A stretch of 64,000 nt of DNA, taken from NCBI GenBank assembly GCA_053919585.1, contig CM132790.1. The stretch is one strand, 5' to 3'. A model generated the notes under the pieces. That model ran no database searches. It was not told the DNA's origin and saw nothing but the letters and a program-made list of their open reading frames with translations. Positions 13,680 through 27,410 of this stretch are shown here, one piece after another. Made by a program: the position numbers and the translations under genes. Source of the stretch: Euprymna scolopes (taxonomy: Eukaryota). Every line of letters begins with the position of its first letter. The first letter of the stretch is position 1.

Positions 13680-15430
13680 GGCAATCAAATTCAACAAGAT
13701 TCCAACACCCTCGGCATTCTTCTTTTAGTGGTCTTGGAGATGCTCTATCTCCTCAGTCTTTCAATCTTCCTTGATTGTTCATGATCATTTTCTGTGGTAC
13801 CAACCTCATTTGATTCCACGATTTCTTTCATTGGGAGGGCTATTATTATAATTATTTGTATCCACTAGGAGTTTTCACACATGCTATCATCAAAGATTTC
13901 TCTCTGCCAACAACCATTGATTTTCCCTGAAGTCTAGGTGACAAGAAGTCTCCTCAGATTTTAGTACCCTCTACCTCTTTCGATAACCTTTGCAAATTAA
14001 TTTGCGTTATCGCGTTATCCGTTATAACCCTTTACAACTATTTGTAGTACCAGTGGATGCCAGCACTACAATTTTTTCGTGGCAGGAGGTTAGGGTTAGG
14101 GTTACAATTATACGGGTTCATTTTTCTTGATCACATGTAGTGTTCAACCATCTTTGTGTTTTACTCCTGTTCCAGCTTTTATATGGCCGGTTAGCGTTTG
14201 CAGCTTCTGTCGCATTCAAGGATTTCCCTTATTATTTCAGCAGTTTTGATTATTGTTATCCGTAGTATCGTTTCCGCCATTCCCCCCTGATCCCAATCTC
14301 TTCCATTCTTTTCCAAGTTCTTCAGAATTGTTCCCAGTGATCCGACTAGTGTTATCTTGACTTTCTTCATCTTTCATATCGCATTTAGTTCTCTTGTCAG
14401 TTCCGTGTATTTTTTTTTTTTACTTATCCGTATCCTTTATATTCACCATGCGGTCTGCTAGAATGGCAAAACCAACACTCTGGCACAGCGTTATCTTCTT
14501 CTAAACAAATTTGACATCCAGTTTTATCGCTTCAATGGGTGTATCTGTGTATACGTCCATAATCCATCGTATTTTGCGATTTTCTGTTTTCACGTACTGC
14601 TGACGATTTGTACTTGTACCATTTGTTTACATAGTTCCCAGTGTGCTACCTTCTCCACTTGATCGCGTTTATTCTTATATGCTTTTGTGGCTAGTTTGCC
14701 GCATTCACTTATTATGCTCATTCACTTATTATGTGGTTTATTTTGTGCTGCATTCACTTATGTGGTTTATTTTTCATCTCTTTGTCCACAGAGCCTGCAT
14801 TTGCTGTTTTCATTGTCTTGTCCACCTTTGTTTTGATATAGTTGGCTCTAATCCCGTTGTCGTGTGCGGCTGTTATTGGGAACTCTGTTTCGCTATTTAG
14901 GTGTCCTTTTCGTAGCCATGTCTAATATTTTCATATCTCATCTTTTGTCACCCTTATGAATCGTCCGTGTGGTTGTTTTTCTTCTCATTTTTATTTTATC
15001 GTCTTAGCTTTGTCTTTCTGTTCTTTGTCTTCTTCGCTTTTGCAGTGTCTCTTGCTGCCGTGATTAGCCTTACTGTGTTCTGCGTTATGTATTTTTCAAA
15101 TTGTTTTTTTTTTGTGTCATTCATATAATTTTCTGTAAAAAAGTGTTCATATTTTTATTATGTTCCTACTATATTATTATTATTGGCTCACAAGGAGCTT
15201 TTATACAGGTCGTAAATGATCTGTCACTGAAAACAGCCTGTGGGGTTCCCTGGAAGCTGGGTGACAACAAGTCTCCCCATTTGTCCAGTACTCTCTACTT
15301 CTTTTAATAACATTTGCAAGTGAATTTGAATTATCGCAGCAGCCGTTAGCATTGATTTCTAGCTAGCAGCGGCCATTGGTCTCCACTGGAATTTGAGTGG
15401 TAGTAAGGCTCCCCAAGGTAACAGTTCTTT
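13680..15430 (-). mobile_element. R4/Dong-type (RLE) non-LTR retrotransposon remnants, several 3' ends next to (TAA)n
   Basis: The minus strand of ~14150-14850 encodes a zinc knuckle (KCRLCG..H..SEC), IISECGKLATKAYKNKRDQVEKVAHWELCK and an RLE PD..D-like region. 3'-end motifs gtgacaa.aagtctcc occur at ~13938 and ~15261 beside (ATT)n. Confidence 0.8.
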
Positions 15431-15530
15431 TCGCACTTGTCCAGCAGAGGTCTGGTCAGTGCTCTCTCCTCGATCATTCCATCCTCCTTGACCCTTCTCG
15501 ATTATTTGGCATCGTTCTTTTGGGGGCAGT

Positions 15531-15531
15531 A

Positions 15532-15574
<43 letters not shown>

Positions 15575-16030
15575 CATACTTTTTCTTGTTCAAGTATTCT
15601 ACTTTCTTCTTTTCTTCCTTATTTTTCTTTTATTTCTCCACTTTTACTCTCTTTTTTCTACTACATATTTTATGTTTTTCTTTTGTTTTTTTCTCCTTTT
15701 TTATTTGTCGGTGTAGTATGTCTGTCCTTGCCACCTCTATTCCTTTACTTCATCTTTTTTTCTACTTCATCCGGATCATTCTTTTTTCTTTTTCTTCTTT
15801 CTTCTAAAACTCTTCTTCTTCTTCTTCTTCATCTTCTTCTTCTTCTTCTTCTTCTTCTTCTTCTGCAACTTATTATTCCTTTCTTTCTTATCTCTGCTCC
15901 TTTTCTTATTATTACTTCTACCTATTTCTCCTACTATTTCATAATCCATCAACTTCTATGCTGTTTTTACCACTCTCTTCTTTCGTCATCATTATCATTA
16001 TCTTCTTCGTCGTCTGCGTCTTTTCCTTTT
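15531..16030. repeat. (ATT)n and (CTT)n microsatellites in a pyrimidine-rich tract
   Basis: Directly visible. Confidence 0.9.
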
Positions 16031-16887
16031 TAACCTTAACTCGCGTCATCTAAATATAGCAATGAAAATCGATGCACAGTATGCCGACGAAAGACCAGTC
16101 TAAAAATCGTTATTTTCTCAACCGGTGAAGCTACGAGTGAAGCACCGCCATTATATCAGACCGGGCTCTATGCCAATAAGGTCAGGCCGTATCGTATTCC
16201 GTTGACACTTGTTAGTAGATCAATCGTCGTCCAAGGCCACTCACAAACATTGGAACATTATTCATTTGTACAATTTGGTGACGTTTTATAATCAGAAATT
16301 GATGTTTTCAGATCAGCCGAAATGCATAATTATTGCGTCCCACATTTGTATGCCCACAGATGAGAGACAGGTAAATTGTGAAGAGGCAACACTTGATAGC
16401 GGTAATCTCTTTAAAGTGGAGATTATGTTAGGAATTCGAGATGTTATTCTAGTATTTTTACACGTAGGTGTGGTAATCAGGGTAGACATTTATATATGTA
16501 TAACGCTATTGCTTTTGAGTATTGTGAACAACATATGTGTCTACTATTTGAAAGAAGATGCATAATATTACTGACGATATGTGTGGTTACTATTTGAAAC
16601 AATATTATGCTAATTATTTAAAGCACTCGCTATCATATGCATACATTTAACATTCATCACATAACGCCTATTTAATATTAAATGCACTGTGTACTCTTAT
16701 CTTTTTATAATCATGGTCTTTTTAAGGCTTAAAAGGCAGCGGATGACCTCTGTAAGAATGGATGCCCGCGTAATTGTGAAGCAAGGATTGCTTAATCCTC
16801 AGCTAGACATCTTCTGGGTCAGCACTGCTTAGTTCCAGTGAAAAGAAGTGCAAGACGATTGAAAAAATGCCAAAATAAGCGGGGAGC

Positions 16888-16966
16888 ACATACAGAACCT
16901 GATATTCTCAAATAATCACTAATCTTGGTACTGACCAGAATTAATACCTCTTAACTTTGGTGATCT
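16888..16966 (-). pseudogene. 5S rRNA-derived fragment (3' two-thirds, degenerate)
   Basis: catacagaacctgatattctcaa...gtactgaccag...cttaactttggtgatc aligns by eye to the reverse complement of eukaryotic 5S (CCTACAGCACCCGGTATTCCCAG...GTACTAACC.GG...CTTAACTTCGGTGATC). Confidence 0.6.
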
Positions 16967-17556
16967 ATTTTTTTAACAAATATGTATGAGTTTAAGCGCC
17001 TCTGCAAAGGAAAACAAAGTTAAATATTAAATTGGGTTATAATTCAGCTTCCCTAAAAGGAGCAATTTGAATCGGGACAAAAAATTACAAAGAATATGCC
17101 CCAACTGACAAGTTTTAATATATATTACAATTTCAGCCTAGAACTGTTTCTTTGAAATATATATGAATATACATATAAAGCAACTTCTGTGTGTTTGTGT
17201 GTGTGTGTGGGGGGGGGGTGCTGTGTGTAAGTTCGTTCCATAAGGACTCCAAAACAGCTGGGTTTATTTCTGAAAAATTTTCACACAAATGTACTTTATG
17301 TGTCTAGGAGAGTCCTGCGGTAGGTTTTATATCAGAATGTCTTTGATAATTATCGAAAATCTAAAATCAAACAATCCGACTAAGGAAGGAGCAGTTCGAT
17401 TTTGATCAAAGTTAACACCCTTATACGATAACAATAAAAGTATTAGAAGTGTGAAACAGTCGTTGATCCTTATTCAATCTAGGACAATATCTGGTCTCCC
17501 TGCAAATACTTTGTTTATAATACTATCTCTGATAACTATACATATATCATTGTATA

Positions 17557-17607
<51 letters not shown>

Positions 17608-17690
17608 ATTATTATTATTATTATCATTATTTGGAACACTATGTTCTATTAATATTTAGATATTTAGATCAATATATCTTTTAAAATTTA

Positions 17691-18550
17691 CTAGGCTAGA
17701 TGCCCGGCGTTGCTCGGGTGTTTGGAGGTGTGTGTTGAGCAAAAAAAAAAGTGGTAGTAGGCAGGTAACTCCGAAACTGTACCGCGAAGGAGGAAAAGAA
17801 CGTGAAAAAAACGTTACGTCTTTGCCGTTGCATCCATCGCCAAGCCAAAAGGTTTTAATTAAGGCTAGTCAATCGAAAAGAAGGGATAATGTTGTTTTTT
17901 TAAATATCGGCGAAAAAAGTGACCCATCCTTGTAGAAAAGTGCCTAGTTAAGGGGGAAGGGATTAATGTTTTTAGTCAATTTTTTTTATATTTGTCGTCC
18001 GAAGGGTCTAGCTTCAACAACGATACCGATTTCGTTAAATCCGTCGCCTCTGTCGAAAATCTTAGACATACATACATACATACATACATACATACATTTA
18101 AACAGAGAGGCGAGATCTATATTATAGACTAGCCTTGGTACTCGGCGTTGCCCGGATGTTTGTAGGTGTGTGTTGAGTTAAAAAAAAAAAGTGGTAGTAG
18201 GTAGGCAGGCTCGAACCCTTACCGCGAAAAGGAAAAGAACTTGGAAAAACCCGAAAGTAACGAAGGTTTAAATTAAGACTAGTCAATCGAAAAGAGGGTA
18301 TGACTTTCGAAAATATCGGCGAAAAAAGCGCCCACTTCTTGTAGAAAAATGGCCAGTTGAGTGTGAAGGAATTATGTTTTTGGCCAATTTTTCGATATTT
18401 GTCGTTCGAAGGGTTGAACTTCAAAACCGATATCCTTCTCGTGAAATCCGTCGCCTCTGTCGAAAGTTTTAGGCGACATACATACATACATACACACATA
18501 CATACATACATACATGCATTTAAACAGAGAGGGGAACTTTATATTATAGA
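17691..18550 (-). mobile_element. Head-to-tail dimer of non-autonomous Helitrons (17691-18128 and 18129-18550)
   Basis: On the minus strand each copy has a TCTATAAT 5' end, (TATG)n, the hairpin CCGGGCAACGCCG(A/G)G and a CTAG 3' end. The junction reads CTAG|TC. Confidence 0.85.
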
Positions 18551-19186
18551 TGATTTATAATTGAGTGTATGTTTCATCTTAATGATACATTAAAAATCGA
18601 ACTTGTAAGAAATGTTAGATTCTACTGTTAATTATTTATATCTATATTTTTTATTACTTCTTACAACACTTTTGTTTTCTATTTGGAACAATGGGTAGGT
18701 TTGCCCGAGGAATAATTAAGACTCTAAATAAGAAAACCAAAAGGATAGATATAGTCAACTTGTATTATAATTTACCTAATAGCTTGAATGCAGCAATATA
18801 TAAATTTATCAACGTGTCCATGCATTACAGCTCTTCAGTTCAGTCAAATCAATAACTACATGAAGTCGAAATTCAAGCGTCTAGATAAAAGTCGGCGTTT
18901 TTAATCCAATGGTCAACGTTTAGCTTCTGCTAAAATAAACGAAATAACAATGATAAAGATTGTCAAATGTTGAAATCTTTATTTGTTCACGCAAAGAGTT
19001 ATTAGCCAGTAGAAGTTGGCGACTAGTATGTTCAACCCAAGAAAATAGCATATTTATTCATCGTCGTATTACCGGCTTTTAATACTGTTAGACAAACAAC
19101 TACTTGAATCCGGAATTGAAACTACACAGTTTAGACGACAGCCGGTGTTTCTAGCTCCTTAGCTATACTATCTATCTATCTATCTA

Positions 19187-19248
<62 letters not shown>

Positions 19249-19992
19249 CTAGCAAAAGTACCCGCCGTTGACTGGGTTCGAAAACAGCCTACAGAAAATG
19301 GACTGATTTATGAAAGTATGATAGGTTATGAAAAGGAAGGGTTGTAAAGAGATAGCTTCGAATTTGGGGGTATCAAAACCAAAGCAAAATATGATCAAAG
19401 TAAAAATAAAATAAATAAACCCCATAATTTATTATACCATACCTGTTCACACTGAAACACTTATCACAATATTTTGTGGATCTATATTAAAAAAACTTGT
19501 TAAACTTTGTGACATATTTCCATTCTATGGAGATCAGGTGCGAACGAACACCCCGTAATTTTTTAATACCATATTGCTTCAAACTGAAACATAATTATCA
19601 AAGTATACTTACATAGATAGATATGAAAAGTCTTTATTAAAGTGTGTGCCTATTTACATTCCATGGAGACCAGGCGTGAACACAGACCCCACAATTTTAG
19701 TATAGCATCCCTATTTAAGTTAAAACATACTTATCAAAGTATGCTTATGTACATCTATATCAAAAACACTTGTAAATGTTTTTTTTTTAAATTTTTTAAT
19801 GTTTTATTTCCATACTTTGTGAACCAGGCGCGAACGCAGACCCCACAATTTTAATGAACCACCGTTCTGCCGGATCAAACATACCCATTCCTGTGTCTCG
19901 ATACATCTTCTATCATTGTATGTAATCAGTTTTTTTTAAATAGTCAACCATATAGGAGCCTATTCGTGACCAGACACACACACATTTAGCTT

Positions 19993-20000
<8 letters not shown>
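19249..20000 (-). mobile_element. Non-autonomous Helitron with internal ~128-bp tandem repeats, inserted in (TA)n
   Basis: CTAG plus hairpin cccg.cgttg.ctggg at 19249-19276. The unit ...ttccat..tggaga.cagg.g.gaac..a.accc...aatttt recurs at ~19520, 19660 and 19810. (CA)n lies at the far end. Confidence 0.75.
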
Positions 20001-20071
<71 letters not shown>

Positions 20072-20125
20072 TTTAGAATATCATCAGATCAATAAGGAAA
20101 GAAGAAGATGAAATGGAGAGAAAAC

Positions 20126-20173
20126 CTCTTTATGCGATGGACTTTCAAAGCTAAATGCTTCTCATCAGAAGAG
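20126..20173 (-). ncRNA. Hammerhead ribozyme-like motif (type I, stem III decayed)
   Basis: Minus strand: CTCTT-CTGATGA-GAAGC attta GCTTT-GAAA-gtccatcgca-TA-AAGAG. Stem I is a perfect 5 bp and stem II is 5 bp. Confidence 0.65.
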
Positions 20174-21239
20174 AAGAGAGGCCTGCATTATACAAAGTAT
20201 AAAATATAAATAAAATAAAATCTAAATTATATATACATAACAATATAAATATAGATATATGTCTATGCATAAACACAAATGTCAAACTTTTAGTTTAAAG
20301 TTTGCGTTATGTCTCTCTGTGTTTTATCTCTTAAACAATTAACTATGACGCATTCTTTTCATTCTTAAGTATATTTTCCGCTTGTATATCTTACTCTCAT
20401 TCGGCTTATGCACGATCATCGTTGGGAATGAAAATTAAGGAATATACGATATAAATGTTCGGGTTCGTGTAAAAGTAGTACATCTGTCTTCATAAAACTG
20501 GAGCAACAACCGTTCTAACCTGTAAAATTTAACATCAAAATTTTGTTTTAATTTACTTTTACTTTACTCTTATTTCAAACAATTAAATGACTTTTTGGGG
20601 AGGGGTTGGGGGAATGATTAGAATTACTTTTTTTTCACTTTTTGGAACTTTTACTTACAATTCATTTTATCTAACTTTTTTCTTTGTTAAATGCATTTAA
20701 CGTTAGGTTTGTTCTATTTTTTATCGTACACATGTACAATATTACGCTGAAGCAGTACCGGTTCGTATACCAAATCGTACATGAAGCATTTTATTGCCTT
20801 ATTTCTATTACTAGATGCCATGTTTTTCTAGTTTCTATTTTTCCATATGCGTTGAAGCCAAATAATTTGTTGTATTGTTTCTCCGCTCGGATAAGCTCGG
20901 ATAAACTCGGCATCAACCATGGTATTAATATGTTATTTCATAATACCCAATCGCCCCATTCTCAGTGTTATTTTTTTTATATCAGAAGCGTACAATTAAG
21001 GTATGCTTGCTTTAAAATATGGCTGTAAAATACGAGAGACAGATAACCCTCGCTATGTAATGTCACAAAATAAATACAAATGTCGTTCTTTCTTTATATC
21101 TCAATATACAACTTTATTAAAACAAGTTTACTTATTATCTCCATATATAATAGAATGGTTGCAGAAATTCCCCTCTGGACCAAAGTATCCTCGGTTTGCA
21201 ACAATGAAATACGCCATTGAACGGGCCCCGTTTTGAGAG

Positions 21240-21448
21240 TAGAGAAGAGATGATGTGGAACACAACAGTGGAGATGAAAAGTATTCTAAGAGAAGACTTC
21301 CATAGTTTTTTTCAGAAGTGTCAGGACCGGCGGGCTAAGTGTATGCAAGCATAATGGCCTACTTGAAAGGGATTAAGGTCTAAACCCCGTCAGGTATGTG
21401 AAATATTTTTCTGGCCTAAGGTCGGATACTTTTTAGACAAGCCTCGTA
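21240..21448 (+). mobile_element. Mariner 3' end
   Basis: EDFHSFFQKCQDRRAKCMQA C-terminus, then TIR ggtcggatactttttagacaagcctcg followed by TA. Confidence 0.75.
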
Positions 21449-22183
21449 CACCTAGGCTAATAGCCACTATCTTATGTAGCTTTTGACATCTATTTCAGAC
21501 ACATTCAGTCGTGATAATAAAAATACTACATTGCAACCTTTGAGCAACACCATCACATTCGCATTATCTTTAGAGAAAGGAATTCCTAGTTTTCTCTTTA
21601 TATATTTAGTCCTACCACTGCTACCAGTTGTCACCGGCACGGATTCTACAACTTCCACAGGTGCTGTGATTACATAGTCCGTAAGTGCCTAATGCATACA
21701 TACACCTAACATAATATTTTCAATTTCTAATTCACAAATTATAAAAGCTCTCTCGACAAAGTCCGCCCATTCCGATTGGATGAGCTCTGAAAATTCTCAT
21801 ATTTCGGATTACAGTTCTTCGCGTTATAAACGAACGCTTACTAAATTTAAATATGGCGTCACTATGAGACCTATTTGTTCGCCCGGTGTAAAGTTCATTT
21901 GCTACATAGGTCATTACAGTAATTTACATTTGTAAAATCAAGACAGAGAAAAATCATTTAACGAGCGTTAACCAACCTGTTTATTTGCTTTCTTTTACAA
22001 AGTTTACATCACGCTGTCCACTATAAGAATCTCCTTCGTCAGAGAAAATCATTTAACGAGCGTTAACTAATCTGTTCATTTAATGCTTAGGTCATCAAGT
22101 CATGTGTGTTTGCGTAGTTGCTTTATAGCTGTCGGAGTGCTGTTCCCTATTATTCTGTGTGTAATGGGGTTACTCTTCTCCCA

Positions 22184-22237
<54 letters not shown>

Positions 22238-22937
22238 CTGAGCATATTTCATTTCGCTAATGGTTCTTACTATACTTCGTGCATTGCTCGGCTGCATCCG
22301 GTAACTGCCGGTCGAGCCGAGACCATAATTGACGGAAAATACCGATGATCCGGGTCAAATTCTGCAAGCGTACCAAAAACAATATATGTGGGGTGTTGAT
22401 TGTACAGATCGTCCAATAAAAAGGTGTTTCTTCGTTATTGTAATGAAATTCGACAGTAGAAAAGTTAATTTTTCATTAAAAACTTAATTACTACTACTTA
22501 CATTTTTGTCAATTTCAACAATAAACAATGTTATCTACCTAATTGTCATGTTACAGTTAGTTAAGTCTTCCATCATTCAACGAAAAAATGATTTCAACTA
22601 TGTTTTTGTCACGTGAACTATGCCGTAAGTACAAGTGAAATAGCTAAAAATTTCTAATTTCTTCGAAAACTATTTTCTTTAATTTATACCTCTTCGTTTT
22701 TCGTGAGTGTTGGATATTTTCATTACTGCGACATGGCAATTAATTAGATTCTATGAGATTTTCCAATGCGTGCTCACACACTAAAATTAAACCTTCATGT
22801 TTTCCCCTCTGTCAACCATAAGGAAGAACGGGTATCGAACGTGCATTGAATGACTTATTGTGTAATTTATAAGAACATAAATATAAGAAACATACATTTT
22901 GCCTTTTCGTTTTTCTTTGTTTTTTATTTCACAAAAC

Positions 22938-22971
22938 AGAGCCATAGCAACGCGTGGCCGTGTACAGCTAG
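22938..22971 (+). mobile_element. Helitron 3' terminus
   Basis: Hairpin GCCAT-AGCAACGC-GTGGC, then 9 nt, then CTAG. Confidence 0.55.
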
Positions 22972-25964
22972 GTATATATAATATGTTACTTTACTTTTTA
23001 AAACGATTTCTAGAATAACATGCAAGCTAACTATCGATTAGAAGAATATGCCGACTATTGTTTACTATTTAGAACAAGATGTGTCTTAAGATTAATACTT
23101 TGTAAGTAAACTACTAAAACACTATACTATTTTATACAACTTCTGTGTACAATATCTAGAATAGGATCAAGAGGTAGTTAACCCTGGGGTTGAATGTGCT
23201 TATTAGTCAAGTAATAATGCAGTAAGGTCTATGGAAATTTTGCAGATAGTGTAATAACATGGAACAAAGTGAGTTGTAAACTTGAGAATCCTCTATCCTT
23301 GAAACTCAAGTTTTATCAATATTTGAAATATTGCATACATACAACTTCCAGCTATCCCTCTTTCTGTACCAAATGGTATGTGAAGCATTTTGTCGTTAGC
23401 GTTCATTAATGTTTGTTTAATTTTCATGTGTTTTGTATTCGGATAAATCGTTCACTCAACCTATTTTCCTTGCTCACCTCTTATATTCTTCCTGTATTCT
23501 TCGATTATAAACACAGCATGTGCCAAGGTAATCACCTGTAATTTCTTAAGATAAGCATTTTTTTCTGAAAGATTCGATATTCTATACGATAGTGTAAGGT
23601 GAATTTATACATGTTTGTGTAATCTATTAATTTTAAACGTCTTTCTTTAATGTTGTGTACCGTGGGAATTGAGTAAAATACTGAAGAATAGTGTTGAGTA
23701 ATAAACACATTAATTAAGGAATCAGAATATAGTTCTAATATGATTAATGATTGTATCTTTAAGAGGCGATAATAGCAAAAATTGGCATAAAACGTTCGCC
23801 TTATTTCTTTGAGTTGGTGCTAATTAACTGGCTGGTGGCACTTCAATAAAACGCGATGCAGATACAGAGGAAGTAGGCGATAGGGATATGCGGTAAAATG
23901 AAAGAGAAAGGAGATATAAAATCTGATAAACTTGTAGCCATGTTTGTTGTGTTCTTTTATAAATGACAGAAACGTTTTGTTTTTATTACCGTCTAGTATA
24001 TTTGTTTATTTATTGTGTGTTCATTTTGTTTTATTGTTGTTGATGATAGAAAAAAAATATATAATAAAATGTCAGTTAATCTTAATGAGAGCAAATAATG
24101 TGATTAATGACAAAATATACGGTATAAGTTTATTCCCATGGATGAAAATGATAAATTCTCATCTGTAAATTCATTGAGAGCAACGACATGGGCCACCTCA
24201 AGGTTACATGAAACTTTTGGGGGAAGTATAGTAAGTATTATCAGCAAAATATTTTAATGATGTAATGTCGCAGGAACAAACAAACAAAAAGAAATAGGAA
24301 AGAAAAAAAATCCAACTCGGTATTTTTTTTTTAAGTGCAAATGAAATGCATTTATTCGTGGTTCTTCCAAAACAACACATTTCATTATTTTTCCAAAGTC
24401 TTTTCGCACACACATGTGCTTTTTAAAAGTCTTTTTTCTCCGTCACCTGGTGTTGGCGCTAGCCAGCGTTTTCTCACTTTCATATTTACGCGTCTATCTT
24501 CCCCAGTTCGCAACTTGCTATTCCTCTCGAGCACGTAGCGTATTTTGTCTCTTTCTTTTGTGACGCAAGCTCGCGCTCACTTGTTAATTTAACGGCTACT
24601 GCTGCTAATATTTCCGCGAGCCCGCTATCCTTCTTCTGCTGCTGATATTTTCACGCGTGTCCATACGCATTATAATTCAATTAGGAAACAATGTTAAACC
24701 ATTATTAACCGGAGAAAGGAATATTTATAAGTTCTGGAAACTTCTAAGATGTGTCTTTTTTGTACATGTAGTGAAAAGTCATAGTTGTTTTTAATAATGT
24801 TTTTATAATGGTTGCAGTTGCTATCTATGCTCTATGTCATACATTAATAGTCAATAATCAAGGTTTGTTTGTGATAGACGTCGAAGGAATGAAGTTGCAA
24901 AAACGCACTCACAGATTATTTTTGAACAAAGGCTGTAATGTCGGGTATGTTTTTAATAACGATCTTTTATCGTTTCGTTGTACTTTTAAAATTTCGCCAG
25001 AACAAATTGTCTAGCAGCGTTTAAGGTTAGATCACTCATAAACATTAGCAGAGAGATAGTAAATGGAAATCGGATCAGGATTGACGTCATCAGAGAAAGA
25101 AGTGATTATTGAATCATGGATGAGTTAGATGCTGGAAGCGAAGTCGGACACCCGAATCAATATGATCTCGTCGAATGGAAAAGGGATTTCTCTTTATCTT
25201 CTTCCTCCTTGCTTTATTGTGTATCTCAAATAAATAGTAAAATATCACGCGAGTAAGCATATATGAGTTGGCTATTAGTTTACTTCTCCTTGGCCAGAGG
25301 AAACTTGCTTTGTCCGAGTTTTCAACTTCTATTTAGCGATACCAAGATGGGCGATCAAAACGAATTCTATCACGAACAAGCGGCAAGGCCGTGACGTCTT
25401 CCATAGAGAGCGACTACAACAAATATAAAATATTATTAAACAACTATGACTACTTAAGACAATATGCATGTTTGCTATTTAGAAAACTATGTGTCCTTAA
25501 AACTGTATGTCTACTATTTGAAACAATATATTGCTTGCTATGTTAAACAATGGATGTGTTAACTAATGTAAACACTATTTAAGTTCATTACTTTAAACAA
25601 TAAGTTGAAACAATTTGAATGTTTACTATTGAACATATATATACGAGGAGCGTAATGCCTCATATTTTTCACGCCACCCGAATGGAGCAGAAGGGGTTGC
25701 AAATTACATGGTTACGATTACTGAAATTATGCATTCGTGACCTAAAAGTTTCATCACTCTGTTGCAGATATTGGCAGTGTGAAATTCTAAGAAGCAGCTC
25801 CTGCCAGTGACGTGCGTCAGAAGCAGAGATTTGAATTCTTGAAAAAGTGAATTGAGAATTGACACTGTAGAAAAATACATTCTGGAGCGAAAAAAATGGT
25901 CGCTTGTCTTAATGGTACTAAATCTGTCTTCGTAGCTCTTAAACAATTTATTTATTTTTTTTTT

Positions 25965-26050
25965 TAACCTTCAACTTTCAGGAAAATGTCACTTTTAGGA
26001 TTGAATTTTCCAAGTACTCAAACTACTGCACCATAGGTCCTTGAGGACAA
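25965..26050 (-). mobile_element. tRNA-like head of the 53405-53765 family
   Basis: ccttcaac..tcagga.aat...acttt...ttttccaagtactcaaa..actgc.cca aligns to 53690-53765. Confidence 0.65.
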
Positions 26051-26152
26051 TTCTAGTAGGAATTTTAGGAGCCTTAAACCTATTTTTATTTCTAGTTGTA
26101 AATATCACTATTTATTACTTATTATTATTACTATATAAATATATATATATAC

Positions 26153-26191
<39 letters not shown>

Positions 26192-26825
26192 GTTTTATAT
26201 ATTACTCTAAATATTATCTATTATTTATAATTAACGGTTCCCATATCGTATTAAATTCTATACTAGGTCTACTTAGTAATTGAAAAATGCAGGTTTAGCA
26301 TTTAAAAAATGTTTAGTTATTAAACAACTGTCCAGTTTCTATCCTATGTCTTAGGATTTTAGTGGAAAGTACTTAGACCAATTTGTAGCTCTAGTGTCCA
26401 CTCGACTTAAATACCTTCGACTAACCTGACAAGCAGCAAAATCTAACTCCTTCCCTGTTGCGATCACTAGATGCCAAAAAGCCTCCTCCTCTAATATTTT
26501 CTTACGTAAAATGATATATTTTAACCTGCCTTCCAAGTTATTGTTTCCTCGATTATACTAACATGTAAAAATTGTAAAAGAATGCAAGCAGACATCTCGC
26601 TTCTCAACTCTTTTTAATGTGCGTCTTAGACATGGTCTGAAATAATAACCCTTATGTCAAAATAGTAAGATGCCTCGTTTGTAGTGAATAAGATTTAAAA
26701 AGAGAATTATTTAGAAACAATATGCCTGGTTAAGATTTAAAACGCCGTGTTTTCTTACTATTTAAAGGAAACTTATCAGAGCAATAAGTATTTTTAAACG
26801 ATGTATACCTTTACTATCAAATACA

Positions 26826-26870
<45 letters not shown>

Positions 26871-26872
<2 letters not shown>

Positions 26873-27065
26873 AAACACTCTGAGGTCGACTGTGTGCTTT
26901 GTCTTGTGACAGCCATTGCACCGATATAGATTAGCAGTTGTATTAAAAAGTGTAGTTGGTTCTACACAAAGCTTCCACCCCTATACCTATACAAAAATCA
27001 TTTGCGTGGTTTTCCAAAAAATCATTTGTTGTGGCACGGCTCATATGTCGAAATCGGTGGGGGAA

Positions 27066-27124
<59 letters not shown>

Positions 27125-27302
27125 CGACATATGAGCCGTGCCACAACAACTAATTTTTTAGAAAACCACGCAAATGATTTTTGTATAGGTATAGTGGTGA
27201 AGGCTTTGTCTAGAACTAACTACACTTTTTAATACAACTGCTAATCGATATCGGTGCAATGGCTGTCACAAGACAAAGCACACAGTTGACCTCAGAGGGT
27301 TT

Positions 27303-27304
<2 letters not shown>
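26871..27304. repeat. 184-bp inverted repeat pair separated and flanked by (TA)n
   Basis: 26871-27054 is the reverse complement of 27121-27304, roughly 90% identical by eye. Confidence 0.95.
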
Positions 27305-27344
<40 letters not shown>

Positions 27345-27345
<1 letters not shown>

Positions 27346-27410
27346 TAGCATGGGCGCCCGGCGTTGCCCGGGTGTTTGGAGGTGTGTGTGGAGCCGAAAA
27401 AGAAGAAAAT
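27345..27410 (-). mobile_element. Truncated Helitron 3' end
   Basis: ctag..cccggcgttgcccgggtgtttggaggtgtg. Confidence 0.75.

Noticed and set aside
15397-16033. ORFs of 116-136 aa (also 47880-48280, 50675-51067, 30412-30806 and the YIYI-type ORFs)
   Set aside because: Translations of microsatellite or low-complexity DNA.
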